A DNA stretch of 64,000 bases. Origin: Chloroflexota bacterium. Its GTDB lineage: Bacteria > Chloroflexota > Anaerolineae > Anaerolineales > VGOW01. Shown here piece by piece: positions 54,695-63,707 of this stretch. Made by a program: the position numbers and the translations under genes. The notes below the pieces were generated by a model. It had not been told where the DNA came from and ran no database searches. It worked only from the letters and a program-made list of their open reading frames with translations. The DNA lies in assembly GCA_016213135.1 (NCBI GenBank), contig JACRBQ010000028.1:7284-71283 (forward strand), in the 5' to 3' direction. Numbering within the stretch: the stretch's first letter is position 1; each line of letters starts with the position of its first letter.

Positions 54695-55320
54695 GTCCGC
54701 AGCAGCGATTCGATTCGGGCGGCGAGCATTTCGATGGCGACTTCGTTCTGCCCGCCTTCGGGGATGATGAGGTCGGCGTAGCGTTTGGAAGGCTCGACGA
54801 ATTCGAGGTGCATGGGACGCACGGTGGACAGGTACTGGGCAATGACTGAGTCGGGGGTGCGGCCACGCTCGGCCACGTCGCGCTGCAGGCGGCGGATGAA
54901 GCGCAGGTCGGCGTCGGTGTCCACGAAAATTTTCACGTCGAACAATGCGCGCAGGGCAGGCTCGACAAAGATGAGGATGCCCTCGACCATGATGACCGGC
55001 TCTGGCTCGATGGGCACGGCGCCGCCGGTGCGGGTGTAGGTGGTGAAGTCGTACACGGGCAATCGAATGGCGCGCCCGGCTTTGAGTTCCTGCAAGTGTT
55101 CGATGAGCAGGGGCGTTTCCAGCGAGTCGGGGTGATCGAAGTTGGGCGCGCCGCGCTGCGAGAGCGGGATGTTCGGCAGGTCGCGGTAGTAGGCGTCGTG
55201 GGGCAGGGCGGCGATGCGCTGCGCGCCCACTTTGGCCATAATGGCGTTGGCGACGGTGGTTTTGCCGGAGCCGGTGCCGCCCGCCAGGCCGATGATGACG
55301 GGAGGGCGGGGAAGGGTCAT
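54691..55320 (-). CDS. udk: uridine kinase
   Basis: VIIGLAGGTGSGKTTVANAI...FDHPDSLE...ILIFVEPALRALFDVKIFVDTDADLRFIRRLQRD. Confidence 0.93.
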   Translation of the reverse strand: MTLPRPPVIIGLAGGTGSGKTTVANAIMAKVGAQRIAALPHDAYYRDLPNIPLSQRGAPNFDHPDSLETPLLIEHLQELKAGRAIRLPVYDFTTYTRTGGAVPIEPEPVIMVEGILIFVEPALRALFDVKIFVDTDADLRFIRRLQRDVAERGRTPDSVIAQYLSTVRPMHLEFVEPSKRYADLIIPEGGQNEVAIEMLAARIESLLRT

Positions 55321-55328
55321 GCCCTCGA

Positions 55329-55973
55329 TTATAACTCTGCGGCGGCGAACACGTCAGCGACGTTAACCGAAAGACCCGGCAGCAAAGCCGACGTTGCCGT
55401 TTCGCCTGCTTTGAACTCGCCGCGCAGAGCGTATTGCTCGCCCTGCAAGCGCAGCACGGTGATGAGCTTGTCCCGCAAATCTACAATCCAATATTCGGCG
55501 ATTCCGGCCTGGGCGTATTCTTCGCGCTTCTTCTGCAAGTCACGCTCACGGTTATCGTCGCCCTCGCTCACAATCTCCACCGCTAGATCCGCGCCCTGCC
55601 AGTAGTCGTTGCCGCGCCGCGAGGCATGTTCGGCCAGCATGAAAACGATGTCCGGCTCGCGATATTTCTCTGACCAGAGTCTTACGCGGAGCGGGGCAAA
55701 AAGCGCCACGCCCAGTTTTTGCGGCGTGATGAAAGAAAGCAAAACCTGATAGATGAACGACAAGATGAGTTGGTGGCTTTGAGTCGGCACGTCGTGCACC
55801 TCCAGATGGCCGTGAGAATATTCAATAATCCGGCTGGGGCGCAAGGCCATATACTCCTCCTCGCTCCACGCGCCCTGCAGCGGGAAGAGGTAAGCGATCT
55901 CCCACGTGGGTTCAGTTTTGGCATGGGTGGCGGACTCTCGGAGTTGGCGAGGCTTGGGCTGCGCGGCGGTCAT
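55329..55973 (-). CDS. Uma2-family (DUF820) endonuclease
   Basis: EEEYMAL...IEYSHGHLEV...SHQLILSFIY...REPDIVF...ADLAVEIVSEGD...KKREEYAQAGIAEYWIVD. Confidence 0.85.
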   Translation of the reverse strand: MTAAQPKPRQLRESATHAKTEPTWEIAYLFPLQGAWSEEEYMALRPSRIIEYSHGHLEVHDVPTQSHQLILSFIYQVLLSFITPQKLGVALFAPLRVRLWSEKYREPDIVFMLAEHASRRGNDYWQGADLAVEIVSEGDDNRERDLQKKREEYAQAGIAEYWIVDLRDKLITVLRLQGEQYALRGEFKAGETATSALLPGLSVNVADVFAAAEL

Positions 55974-56025
55974 CGAATTCTCCCAGCGATGTGGTTGTGC
56001 TGATTATACTCCTCTCAACAGGCCG

Positions 56026-56943
56026 CTATTTTATCAAATCCTGCAACGCGCCCTCAGCTTCGGGGAATTTGAAATTGTATCCCGCGGCCAGCAGTTTATC
56101 GGCTTTCGCATTCTGCCCTTCAAGCACCACGACGCTCATCTCGCCCAGCGCGAGCTTGAGGGCAAAGCCCGGCGTGGGCATGAAGGCCGGGCGGCCCATC
56201 ACTTTGCCCAGCGCGCGCCCGAACTCGGCGTTGGTGACCACGTTGGGGGCGGCGAGGTTGAACGCGCCACGGGCGTTTTCGTTTTCCATCAGAAAACGCA
56301 TCGCGCCCACTTCGTCGGCGGGATGTATCCACGGGAACGGCTGTTTGCCGCTGCCCAACGGCCCCCCGGCGAAAAGTTTGAACGGGATGACCATCCGCGC
56401 CAGCGCGCCCTCGGCGGGGTCAATCACAATGCCGGTGCGCGTAACCACGCGGCGCACGCCCAGGGACTCGACCTCGGCGGTGGCGGCTTCCCACTTTTTG
56501 CACACCTCCGCGAGAAAGTCGTCGCCGGGCGCGGCCTGTTCGTCCACCGGTTGGGGGGCATTGCCGTAATAGCCCACGGCGCTGGCTTGCACCAGCACTT
56601 TAGGCTTCACGCCCGCGCTGCGAACGGCCTCGACCACGGCCTGGCCCGCGCCAATGCGGCTGTTGAGGCAAGCGGCTTTGTGCGCCGCGCTCCACAGCTT
56701 CGCGCCGATGTTTTCTCCGGCGAGGTTGACGATGGCAAATGCGCCGTCGGCCAGTTCGCCCCAGCCCTGCGCGGTTTTGCCATCCCAGCCCACGACTTGC
56801 ACGCCGGGCATGGCGGGACGGGTCGGGGCGTTCAATTGAACGCCCGTACGCCGGCTGAGGATGACAACCTCGTAATCTTCTTTGAGAGTGTCGGCGAGCT
56901 GCCGGCCAATGTAGCCGCTACCGCCGGTGATGATGACTCGCAT
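56026..56943 (-). CDS. TIGR01777/YfcH-type NAD-dependent epimerase (SDR with a DUF1731 C-terminus)
   Basis: MRVIITGGSGYIGRQL...GGPLGSGKQPFPWIHPADEV...FNLAAPNVVTNAEFGRALGKVMGRPAF. The internal ATG was chosen. Confidence 0.87.
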   Translation of the reverse strand: MRVIITGGSGYIGRQLADTLKEDYEVVILSRRTGVQLNAPTRPAMPGVQVVGWDGKTAQGWGELADGAFAIVNLAGENIGAKLWSAAHKAACLNSRIGAGQAVVEAVRSAGVKPKVLVQASAVGYYGNAPQPVDEQAAPGDDFLAEVCKKWEAATAEVESLGVRRVVTRTGIVIDPAEGALARMVIPFKLFAGGPLGSGKQPFPWIHPADEVGAMRFLMENENARGAFNLAAPNVVTNAEFGRALGKVMGRPAFMPTPGFALKLALGEMSVVVLEGQNAKADKLLAAGYNFKFPEAEGALQDLIK

Positions 56944-56989
56944 GATCGCATTCCTTTTGGTGGAAACGTTGCACGCTTCGTGAACGTCT

Positions 56990-58054
56990 CTACGAACGGT
57001 TGGCGCGGGTGATTTTGACGAGGGTCTTGGGCTCGGAAAAAATTGCCAGCCCGTCGTCGGGGGCCAGCACAGTGTCGTTGTGCGGGTGCAACATGCTTTG
57101 GCCGTTGCGCTCCAGCAGAACAACCGTAGCGTCGAACCGATTCTCAAACTGGTCGATGGTGAGGCCCGCCAGCGCCGACTTGGCGGTGATGGCAATGCGC
57201 GCCAGGCTGAGCGCGCGCCCGGCAATGCTGATGGGGCTGGACACGTCGGACTTATTGGCCAGGCCGGCTATGGCCGGGGCCGCCAGCGCCGAGGCGCTGA
57301 AAGCCTCGTCGATGCCGAAGTGATTCTGAATCTCGGCGGCGAAGTCCTCGTCGAACAGGCGCACCAGCACCCGGGCTTTGCTGTTGAGGTTGCGCGCCTT
57401 GATGGCAATCTGCAGGTTCATGGCGTCGTTGGAGGTGCAGAGGACGATGGCGCTGGCCCGCTCGACGCCCGCGTCCCGGAGGGTCTCCAGTTTGGTGGCG
57501 TCGGCTTTGATGATGGGGATGCCGAGGGCGTGGGCCTCGGCCAGCAATTCCGCGCCGGGGTCGAGTTCAACGGCTACCACGTCGTCGCCGAGGCGGTGCA
57601 ACTCGCGGACGACGCGGAAGCCCAAATGCCCCAGCCCAATGAGCACGATGTGATCGGAATAGGTTGAAGTGACTGCCACTTGCCATGCCTCCCCTCGCAA
57701 ACGGCGGTTGAACAGCAGCACGCCGAAGTCGGCGCCGCCTGCGAGCAATGCCAGACCCGAGATTGGCATGATGAAGAAAAATAATTGCCGGAACCATTCA
57801 TCCGGAAAATCGGCCTGGGCTTGCAGAAACATCATGGACAGGACGACGAACACGGCTTCGGCCGGCGACAGGCTGCGGTCGCCCGCAAAGATGGATAGCT
57901 CCCGATACAGCCAACCGCCGACGAACACCACCCCGCTGAAGAGGGCGAGAGTGCCCCTGAATTCGTTGACCAGCACAAGGGTGTCGCGGACGCTGGCGCG
58001 CAGGTTGCGCAGGCGCGGCCAGCGCCGGGGCGGGCGATGCCAGATGAGGTTCAT
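56990..58054 (-). CDS. membrane protein with RCK (TrkA-N/TrkA-C) domains, K+-channel-like but without an obvious GYG filter
   Basis: N-terminal TM helices, then IVLIGLGHLGFRVVRELHRLGDDVVAVELD. I could not find a TVGYG-type selectivity filter. Confidence 0.72.
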   Translation of the reverse strand: MNLIWHRPPRRWPRLRNLRASVRDTLVLVNEFRGTLALFSGVVFVGGWLYRELSIFAGDRSLSPAEAVFVVLSMMFLQAQADFPDEWFRQLFFFIMPISGLALLAGGADFGVLLFNRRLRGEAWQVAVTSTYSDHIVLIGLGHLGFRVVRELHRLGDDVVAVELDPGAELLAEAHALGIPIIKADATKLETLRDAGVERASAIVLCTSNDAMNLQIAIKARNLNSKARVLVRLFDEDFAAEIQNHFGIDEAFSASALAAPAIAGLANKSDVSSPISIAGRALSLARIAITAKSALAGLTIDQFENRFDATVVLLERNGQSMLHPHNDTVLAPDDGLAIFSEPKTLVKITRANRS

Positions 58055-58066
58055 GCGGCAGTGATT

Positions 58067-58717
58067 CTACTCCATCCCGCCGGGTTTGTCGGCGAGGATG
58101 ATCCAGACGAGGCTGCGCGGCAGGGTGGTGGTGGCGACGCGGGTTTGGAATCCGGTTTCGTGGTAGGGGCGGGTGAGGCGGGCGGCCCATTGTTCGGGGT
58201 CGGGCGGGGCGCTCTGGCCGGTGAGTTTGAATAGCCACAGGGCCAGCGTGTCGGCGAGGTGGGCGGGGACGATGCGGGCGGCGGGGACGATGATCAGGCG
58301 CCCGCCGGGGGCGAGGACGCGCCAGCACTCGCGGGCGGTGGCCGGCTCGGCGATGAAATCGGCGGGGAAGGTGGTGAGCAGGGTAGTGAAGTGGCCGGCG
58401 GGGAAGGGGAGGGCCTGCGCCCCCGCGCGCACAAAGGGCGGGCGCAGGTGGCGGGTTGCCAGCTTGTGTTTTGCGATTCGGCCCATGTGCGGCGAGCGGT
58501 CGAGGGCGATAGAGCGGTGTCCCGCACGGGCCAGATCAATCTGCAGGTTGCCGGTGCCGTGGGCCAGTTCGAGCAGGCGCGTGCCTACAATGTGCGGCAG
58601 GCTCTGCCGCTGCCATTGCCGCCACTGGCCGATGGAGACGGCCCAACTGACAAAGTCGTAGCTGAAGGCGAAGGGGTTGTAGAGGAGGTGGAAGGCGGCG
58701 CGGAGCAGGGTTCGCAT
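58067..58717 (-). CDS. class I SAM-dependent methyltransferase
   Basis: LLELAHGTGNLQIDLA (motif I), IALDRSPHM, LAPGGRLIIV. Confidence 0.8.
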   Translation of the reverse strand: MRTLLRAAFHLLYNPFAFSYDFVSWAVSIGQWRQWQRQSLPHIVGTRLLELAHGTGNLQIDLARAGHRSIALDRSPHMGRIAKHKLATRHLRPPFVRAGAQALPFPAGHFTTLLTTFPADFIAEPATARECWRVLAPGGRLIIVPAARIVPAHLADTLALWLFKLTGQSAPPDPEQWAARLTRPYHETGFQTRVATTTLPRSLVWIILADKPGGME

Positions 58718-58726
58718 AAGGGGCGA

Positions 58727-60085
58727 TCACGTGAGGTAGGGCAGGAGGACGGTGGCGAGTCCGAGGAAGAGGGCGAAGCCGACGCAATCGGTGACGGTGG
58801 TGACGATGACAGCGGAGGCCAGAGCGGGATCGAGCTTGAGGGCTTTGAGAGTAAGGGGGACGAAGGCTCCGGCGATGCCGCCGGCGATCATGTTGCCGAT
58901 CATGGCCAGGCCGATGATGAGGCCGAGGACGGGCTTGCCTTTCCACAGGTAGGCGCCAACGCCGACGATGACGCCGATGGCGACGCCGTTGAGGACGCCG
59001 AGGGAGGCTTCGCGGGTCATGGCGCGCAGGGCGTCTTTGGTTTCGACTTCGCCGAGGGCCATGCCGCGCACGATGACGGTGAGACTTTGGGTGGCGGAGT
59101 TACCGCCCTGCCCGGCGACGATGGATTGGAGGGCGGCGAGGACGGCCACGCGGGCGATGGTGGATTCGAAGAGGCTGACGACCCACGCCGCGAGGAAGGC
59201 GGTGCCGAGGTTGACGATGAGCCACGGGAGGCGGCTGCGAACGGAGCGGGTGACGGGGCTGAAGACGTGCTCGTCGCTGTCGGCGACGTTGGCGAGGCGG
59301 TACATGTCTTCGGTGGCTTCTTCTTCCATGACTTCGACGATGTCGTCATTGTGAATGACGCCGACGAGGCGGCCGTCGGGGCCGACGACGGGCAGGGCCA
59401 GCAGGCCGTAGCGGGCGATGATACGGGCGCATTCCTCTTGATCGGTGCCGAGGGGCACGGTGATGAGGTCGGGGTTCATCACGGATTCGATGGTGGTGTC
59501 GGGGTCGGAGATGATGAGGTCGCGCAGGCCGACGACGCCGATGAGTTTGCCGTCGCGGTCGAGTACGTAAAGGTAATAAGGCGTTTCGGTTTCGGGGTGC
59601 AGTTTGCGGAGGTGCTCGATGGCCTGCTGGCAGGTCATTTGCCGCCGCAGATGCGGAAAGTCGGGGGTCATTAGGCCGCCGGCGGTGTCGTCGTCGTAGG
59701 CGAGGAGCGGGATGACGTCTTCGGCTTGCTCGGCGTCCATTTGGGCGATGACGGTGGCGGCTTGATCGGGGGGCAGGTCGCCCAGAACGTCGGCGGCTTC
59801 GTCGGGATCCATTTCGTCGAGGACGTCGGCGAGGCGGCCGGGGGAGAGGCGGGAGGCGGCTTCGGCGGCTTCGTCGTCCCCGAGTTGCTCGAGGAGCTCG
59901 GCGGCGGCGTCTACGTTGAGGCGGGGGAGGACTTCGGCTTGATCGTCCGGCTTGAGATCGCTGAAGGCTTCGGCCTGATCGGCGGGGTGGAGGCTGATGA
60001 GGGCGGTGATCGCCTCGTCCACCTGCCCCGCTTCCAGGGCGGCGCGGATGCGCTCGAGGGCGGCATCGATGACATGTTGTTCCAT
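58727..60085 (-). CDS. mgtE: magnesium transporter MgtE
   Basis: MgtE_N acidic helical domain, a tandem CBS pair, and a C-terminal TM domain with GNSATQSLTVIVRGMALGE. Confidence 0.95.
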   Translation of the reverse strand: MEQHVIDAALERIRAALEAGQVDEAITALISLHPADQAEAFSDLKPDDQAEVLPRLNVDAAAELLEQLGDDEAAEAASRLSPGRLADVLDEMDPDEAADVLGDLPPDQAATVIAQMDAEQAEDVIPLLAYDDDTAGGLMTPDFPHLRRQMTCQQAIEHLRKLHPETETPYYLYVLDRDGKLIGVVGLRDLIISDPDTTIESVMNPDLITVPLGTDQEECARIIARYGLLALPVVGPDGRLVGVIHNDDIVEVMEEEATEDMYRLANVADSDEHVFSPVTRSVRSRLPWLIVNLGTAFLAAWVVSLFESTIARVAVLAALQSIVAGQGGNSATQSLTVIVRGMALGEVETKDALRAMTREASLGVLNGVAIGVIVGVGAYLWKGKPVLGLIIGLAMIGNMIAGGIAGAFVPLTLKALKLDPALASAVIVTTVTDCVGFALFLGLATVLLPYLT

Positions 60086-60151
60086 GGATGACTCCTTGGG
60101 CGGTGGGATTAAATGCCGCGCCCCGGTCGGAGAGTCGGGGCGCGTAAAACC

Positions 60152-60262
60152 GAAGGATGAACGATGAAGGATGAACGATGAAGGATGAACGATGAACGAT
60201 GAACGATGAAATCCGACCTCCGACCTCCGACCTCCGACCTCTGACCTCCGACCTCTGACCTC
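60152..60262. repeat. two abutting heptamer arrays: (GAAGGAT/GAACGAT)x8 then (CGACCTC/TGACCTC)x7
   Basis: They fill most of the trkA-mgtE spacer. The second array (60214-60262) is the reverse complement of the GGAGGTC family at 46596..46728. A GC hairpin, GCGCCCCG/CGGGGCGC, lies at 60118-60143. Confidence 0.9.
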
Positions 60263-60272
60263 TATCTCCAGT

Positions 60273-60950
60273 CTACTTGAAGTCGCTTGGTCGACCGAGA
60301 AGTTTGGCGAGCGCTTCGCGCGCCGAGTCGTCCACGAGGGCCAGCACTTCGTCGCCTTCTTCCAAGATCGTGAGGCCGCGCGGCAGGATCATCTTGTCGT
60401 GGCGCAGGATGCCGGAGATGGTGCAGTTTTGCGGCAGGACCAGGTCTTTGATTGCTTTGCCCACAGCCAGGGCGCCGGGGTAGATTTTTTCTTCCACCAG
60501 CAAGTATTGGCCCCGGCGGAGTTTCTGCAGAATCATCATGTCGCCGAGCGACATTTCTTCCTCAATGAGCTTGGCCATGAGGTCGGCGTTGTTGAGAGCC
60601 ACATCCACGCCCATTTCCTGCGTGAACAGCCAGGCGTGCCGGGGGTTGTTGATGCGGCCAATCACGCGATTGACGCCGTAGAATTCGCGGGCCATGGCGC
60701 AAGCCAGCAGGTTGTCGGCATCTTCGGAGGTGACGGCGGCCAGCACGTGGGCGTGCTTGATGCCGGCGGCTTCGAGGGCGGCGGGATCGGTGCCGTCGCC
60801 TTCAAAGATGACCTCGGTGGGCAGTTCGCGGTGGAGGTTATCCAACGTGTCGCGGCGCGATTCGATCAGCCGGACTTCGTGATTCTGGGAGAGCAGGAGT
60901 GAGGCCAGGTGCGAGCCGGTGCGCCCGCCGCCGACGATGATGACAAACAT
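60273..60950 (-). CDS. trkA: TrkA-type K+ transport regulatory protein (RCK N + C)
   Basis: MFVIIVGGGRTGSHLASLLLSQNHEVRLIE. Confidence 0.88.
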   Translation of the reverse strand: MFVIIVGGGRTGSHLASLLLSQNHEVRLIESRRDTLDNLHRELPTEVIFEGDGTDPAALEAAGIKHAHVLAAVTSEDADNLLACAMAREFYGVNRVIGRINNPRHAWLFTQEMGVDVALNNADLMAKLIEEEMSLGDMMILQKLRRGQYLLVEEKIYPGALAVGKAIKDLVLPQNCTISGILRHDKMILPRGLTILEEGDEVLALVDDSAREALAKLLGRPSDFK

Positions 60951-60953
60951 GTA

Positions 60954-61637
60954 CTATGCCTTTCGGGTGGCGCCAAGCCCCAGGTTTTGCCGAAGCTGGG
61001 CGATGCCCTGCGTGGTGGCGCTCACTTGCAGGATGTCGTAGGTTTTGAGCACGGTCTGGGTGTTTGGCAGCGAGGCGCGCCCGCCACGGGTGAGGGCTGC
61101 GGCCAACGCTTCGCCGGAGGGCACGAGGTCGGCCATGGGGCGGTCGTTCCACTCTGCGCCGATGGCGATTTCGTAAATCTGCACTTCGCCCTGCCCGGCA
61201 GTGTAGATGCTTTGCAGCCCCGGGTGCAGCAGCAGTTGCTCGATGCGCTGGGCGCCCCACGAGGAGGAGGCCACGGTTTGCAGGCCCAGCTTTTCGTAGA
61301 GAGTGGTGCGGGTGGGGTTGTACACACGGGCCACCACGTGTTCGATGTGGTACACGTCGCGGGCGACACGGGCGGAGATGATGTTGACGCTGTCCGAGGA
61401 GGTGACTGTGGCAAAGGCGTCGGCTTTTTCGATATTGGCGCGCTGGAGCGCGTCGTAGTCAAATCCTTCGCCGCGCACGGTGCGTCCCCGGTAATCTGCG
61501 CCCAGCCGATCAAAGGCCCGCTCGTCGCTGTCTACGATGCTGACGATGTGGCCCTGCCGGGAGACGGAGGTGGCAAGTTCTGCGCCGACGCGGCCGCAGC
61601 CGATGATGGTGACGAATTTGGCAGGGGCGTTTCCCAT
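60954..61637 (-). CDS. trkA: TrkA-type K+ transport regulatory protein (second paralogue)
   Basis: MGNAPAKFVTIIGCGRVGAELATSVSRQGHIVSIVDSD. Only the last 227 codons of the 720-aa ORF are credible. Confidence 0.88.
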   Translation of the reverse strand: MGNAPAKFVTIIGCGRVGAELATSVSRQGHIVSIVDSDERAFDRLGADYRGRTVRGEGFDYDALQRANIEKADAFATVTSSDSVNIISARVARDVYHIEHVVARVYNPTRTTLYEKLGLQTVASSSWGAQRIEQLLLHPGLQSIYTAGQGEVQIYEIAIGAEWNDRPMADLVPSGEALAAALTRGGRASLPNTQTVLKTYDILQVSATTQGIAQLRQNLGLGATRKA

Positions 61638-61639
61638 GG

Positions 61640-63574
61640 CTAGTGCTTTCCGGCCACGCGATCGGTGGCAATATGATACGGGACTTCCATGACCACGATA
61701 TCCGGCTGGCTGAGCAGCTTTTCGCGTAGAATGCTTGCCGTGTTCATGTGAAGCGCGTTGTAAATGGGATTGGAGGGCACAAATTGCGGAACGACGATGG
61801 TGAGCATTTCGTGCGGCTGCCGGTCTTCGGCCATCGTGGCGATGTAGTTGAGCAGGGGTTCCACCAGCCGCCGGTCGGGCGAATTGATGATGACCAGCCG
61901 GACGCCGTCGCCCCAGGTTTGCCACTTGCGCATCAGTTTTTCCGTCTCGGCGGGTTCGGCGGCAATGTGGACGGCGGTGATGTCTTGCGACAGTGAACGG
62001 GCATAGCGCAAGGCGTTTAGGACGCCGCGATGCACGCCGCCGATGAGCAGAAGAACGCGGTTGCGGTGCACGCGGGGCGGGGCGCCGAACGAATCCAGCG
62101 AGAGCGCGGCGGCCAGGTCTTTGTAATGGTGGTGAATGCCGAAGAACAGGAGCACCAGCATGGGAATGAGGAAGACGACGACCCACGCGCCGGAGGCGAA
62201 TTTGGTGATGGCAAAGACGACCATGACGATGAAAGTGGACACTGCGCCAAAGGCATTGACGGCCAGCTTGAGCTTCCACCGGGGGTCGTAGCGCAGCACG
62301 GAGCCAAGCTGCAGCCGCTCTTCGCCGGGTTTGAGTTTGCTGCATTTCCACCAGCGCACGGCCATGCCGGTCTGCGACAGGGTGAACGAAAGAAACACAC
62401 CGATGGCATAGAGCGGAATGAGGGAGCTGGTTTGGGCGCGGAAGATAATGACCAGCGCCGAGGCCAGACCGGCCAATGCAAGGATGCCGTAGGTGTACAC
62501 CAGCCGGCTGCCGCGATAGGTGAGTTGTTTGGGCAGAAAACTGTCGGCCGCCTGCAGCGCGCCGAGGCGGGGAAAGTCGGCATAGGAGGTGTTGGCCGCC
62601 ATGATCAGGATGAGCGTGGTGGAGCCGAGCAGGATGAGATACAGCGGGCTGCCTGAGCCGTAGATGACGCGGCCGATTTGCGAGAACACCGTTTCGGTGT
62701 GCGACGGAAGCGCGTTGACGTGGCGAGCCAGGAAGGTGATGCCGAAGAACATCACCGACAGAATGGAGCTCATCCAGATGAGGGTGACGCCGGCGTTCCG
62801 GCTCTTTGGCTCTTTGAAGACGGTGATGCCGTTGCTGATGGCCTCGACCCCGGTGAGGGCGGTGCAGCCGCTGGAGAACGCCTTGAGGATGAGGAACAAC
62901 GTCAGCGCTTGCGTGGCCTCGCCCGCGGCTTCCACGCCGGTGACCACCCCCAGGGTGCCGGTGAAGTAGCGGTAGAAGCCAATGCCCACAGTGAGCAGCG
63001 TGGCGAAGAGAAAGAAATACGTGGGAATGGCAAACACCCGGCCCGACTCTTTTACGCCCCGCAAATTCATGATGGTCGTGAAGCCAATGAGGCTCAAGGC
63101 AATCACCACGCGCCACGGATGCAGCCCTGGGAAAGCGGAGGTGATCTGCGCTACCCCGGACGAAATGGACACGGCCACGGTGAGGATGTAGTCGGTGAGC
63201 AGGGCCGCCCCGGCGGTCTGCGCGGGCACCTCGCCCAGATTGTCGCGGGCCACGATGTATGCGCCGCCGCCGCCCGGATAGGCATGGATGGTCTGCTGAT
63301 AGGAGATGGTGACGATGGCGAGCAGGGCCACGATGGTGATGGCGACGGGCAGCGAAAAGGTCAACGCCGCGGTGCCGGCGGCCACCAGCACGAGGAGGAT
63401 TTCATCTGTGGCGTATGCGGTGGACGAGAGAGCGTCTGAGGCGAACACGGCCAGACCGACGGCTTTGCCGATGGTCTGATGCGGCGCATCCGCCGTAAGC
63501 AGGCGGGGGCCGAGGAGGATCTGTTTCAGGTTTTCGGTAAGGACCGCAGTTCTACTTTGAGTAGCCATGCTCAC
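61640..63574 (-). CDS. APC-superfamily permease with a cytoplasmic C-terminal domain of about 200 aa
   Basis: 12-TM APC-like core (SSTAYATDEILLVL, GGGGAYIVARDNLG) plus a soluble C-terminus. GTG start. It forms an operon with the two trkA genes (2- to 3-nt gaps). Confidence 0.85.
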   Translation of the reverse strand: MSMATQSRTAVLTENLKQILLGPRLLTADAPHQTIGKAVGLAVFASDALSSTAYATDEILLVLVAAGTAALTFSLPVAITIVALLAIVTISYQQTIHAYPGGGGAYIVARDNLGEVPAQTAGAALLTDYILTVAVSISSGVAQITSAFPGLHPWRVVIALSLIGFTTIMNLRGVKESGRVFAIPTYFFLFATLLTVGIGFYRYFTGTLGVVTGVEAAGEATQALTLFLILKAFSSGCTALTGVEAISNGITVFKEPKSRNAGVTLIWMSSILSVMFFGITFLARHVNALPSHTETVFSQIGRVIYGSGSPLYLILLGSTTLILIMAANTSYADFPRLGALQAADSFLPKQLTYRGSRLVYTYGILALAGLASALVIIFRAQTSSLIPLYAIGVFLSFTLSQTGMAVRWWKCSKLKPGEERLQLGSVLRYDPRWKLKLAVNAFGAVSTFIVMVVFAITKFASGAWVVVFLIPMLVLLFFGIHHHYKDLAAALSLDSFGAPPRVHRNRVLLLIGGVHRGVLNALRYARSLSQDITAVHIAAEPAETEKLMRKWQTWGDGVRLVIINSPDRRLVEPLLNYIATMAEDRQPHEMLTIVVPQFVPSNPIYNALHMNTASILREKLLSQPDIVVMEVPYHIATDRVAGKH

Positions 63575-63615
63575 TTCAGTCTGGTGTAATGATGGGAGAC
63601 CCCTATCAATGAATG

Positions 63616-63649
63616 CAACACAAAGCCCGCCTCAAAGGGAATGGCGGGC
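63616..63649 (-). terminator. intrinsic-terminator-like hairpin (terminator of the upstream gene or an attenuator in the permease leader)
   Basis: On the minus strand, GCCCGCC-11 nt-GGCGGGC is followed by TTTGTGTTG. It lies between the stop at 63708 and the start at 63574. Confidence 0.5.
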
Positions 63650-63707
63650 CAGCGCGAGAAATCTTATACCTCTTCGGGTCTTGCGTCAACACCTGCGATG
63701 CCCAGAG

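Noticed and set aside
48038-54866. Many long ORFs on both strands across the polysaccharide cluster (for example 49056..50018 +, 50037..51590 +, 51776..53368 +, 53124..54416 +, 53964..54866 -)
   Set aside because: All are antisense to or out of frame with genes that have GT4, Wzy_C or TPR signatures. All are R/P/G/A/H-rich, as expected for GC-rich non-coding frames.
58259-59674. 471-aa plus-strand ORF
   Set aside because: It is antisense to the methyltransferase and mgtE genes. It is a G/D/E/A-rich low-complexity artefact.
60086-60272. M-box (Mg2+) riboswitch upstream of mgtE
   Set aside because: The spacer is almost entirely occupied by heptamer arrays plus one short GC hairpin. I could not see the multi-helix M-box architecture. 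An Rfam scan would be decisive.
61638-63116. N-terminal 490 codons of the 720-aa ORF 60954..63116
   Set aside because: This part overlaps the APC permease gene out of frame and is R/P/H-rich. Only the TrkA-like C-terminal 227 codons, starting at a proper ATG, are credible.
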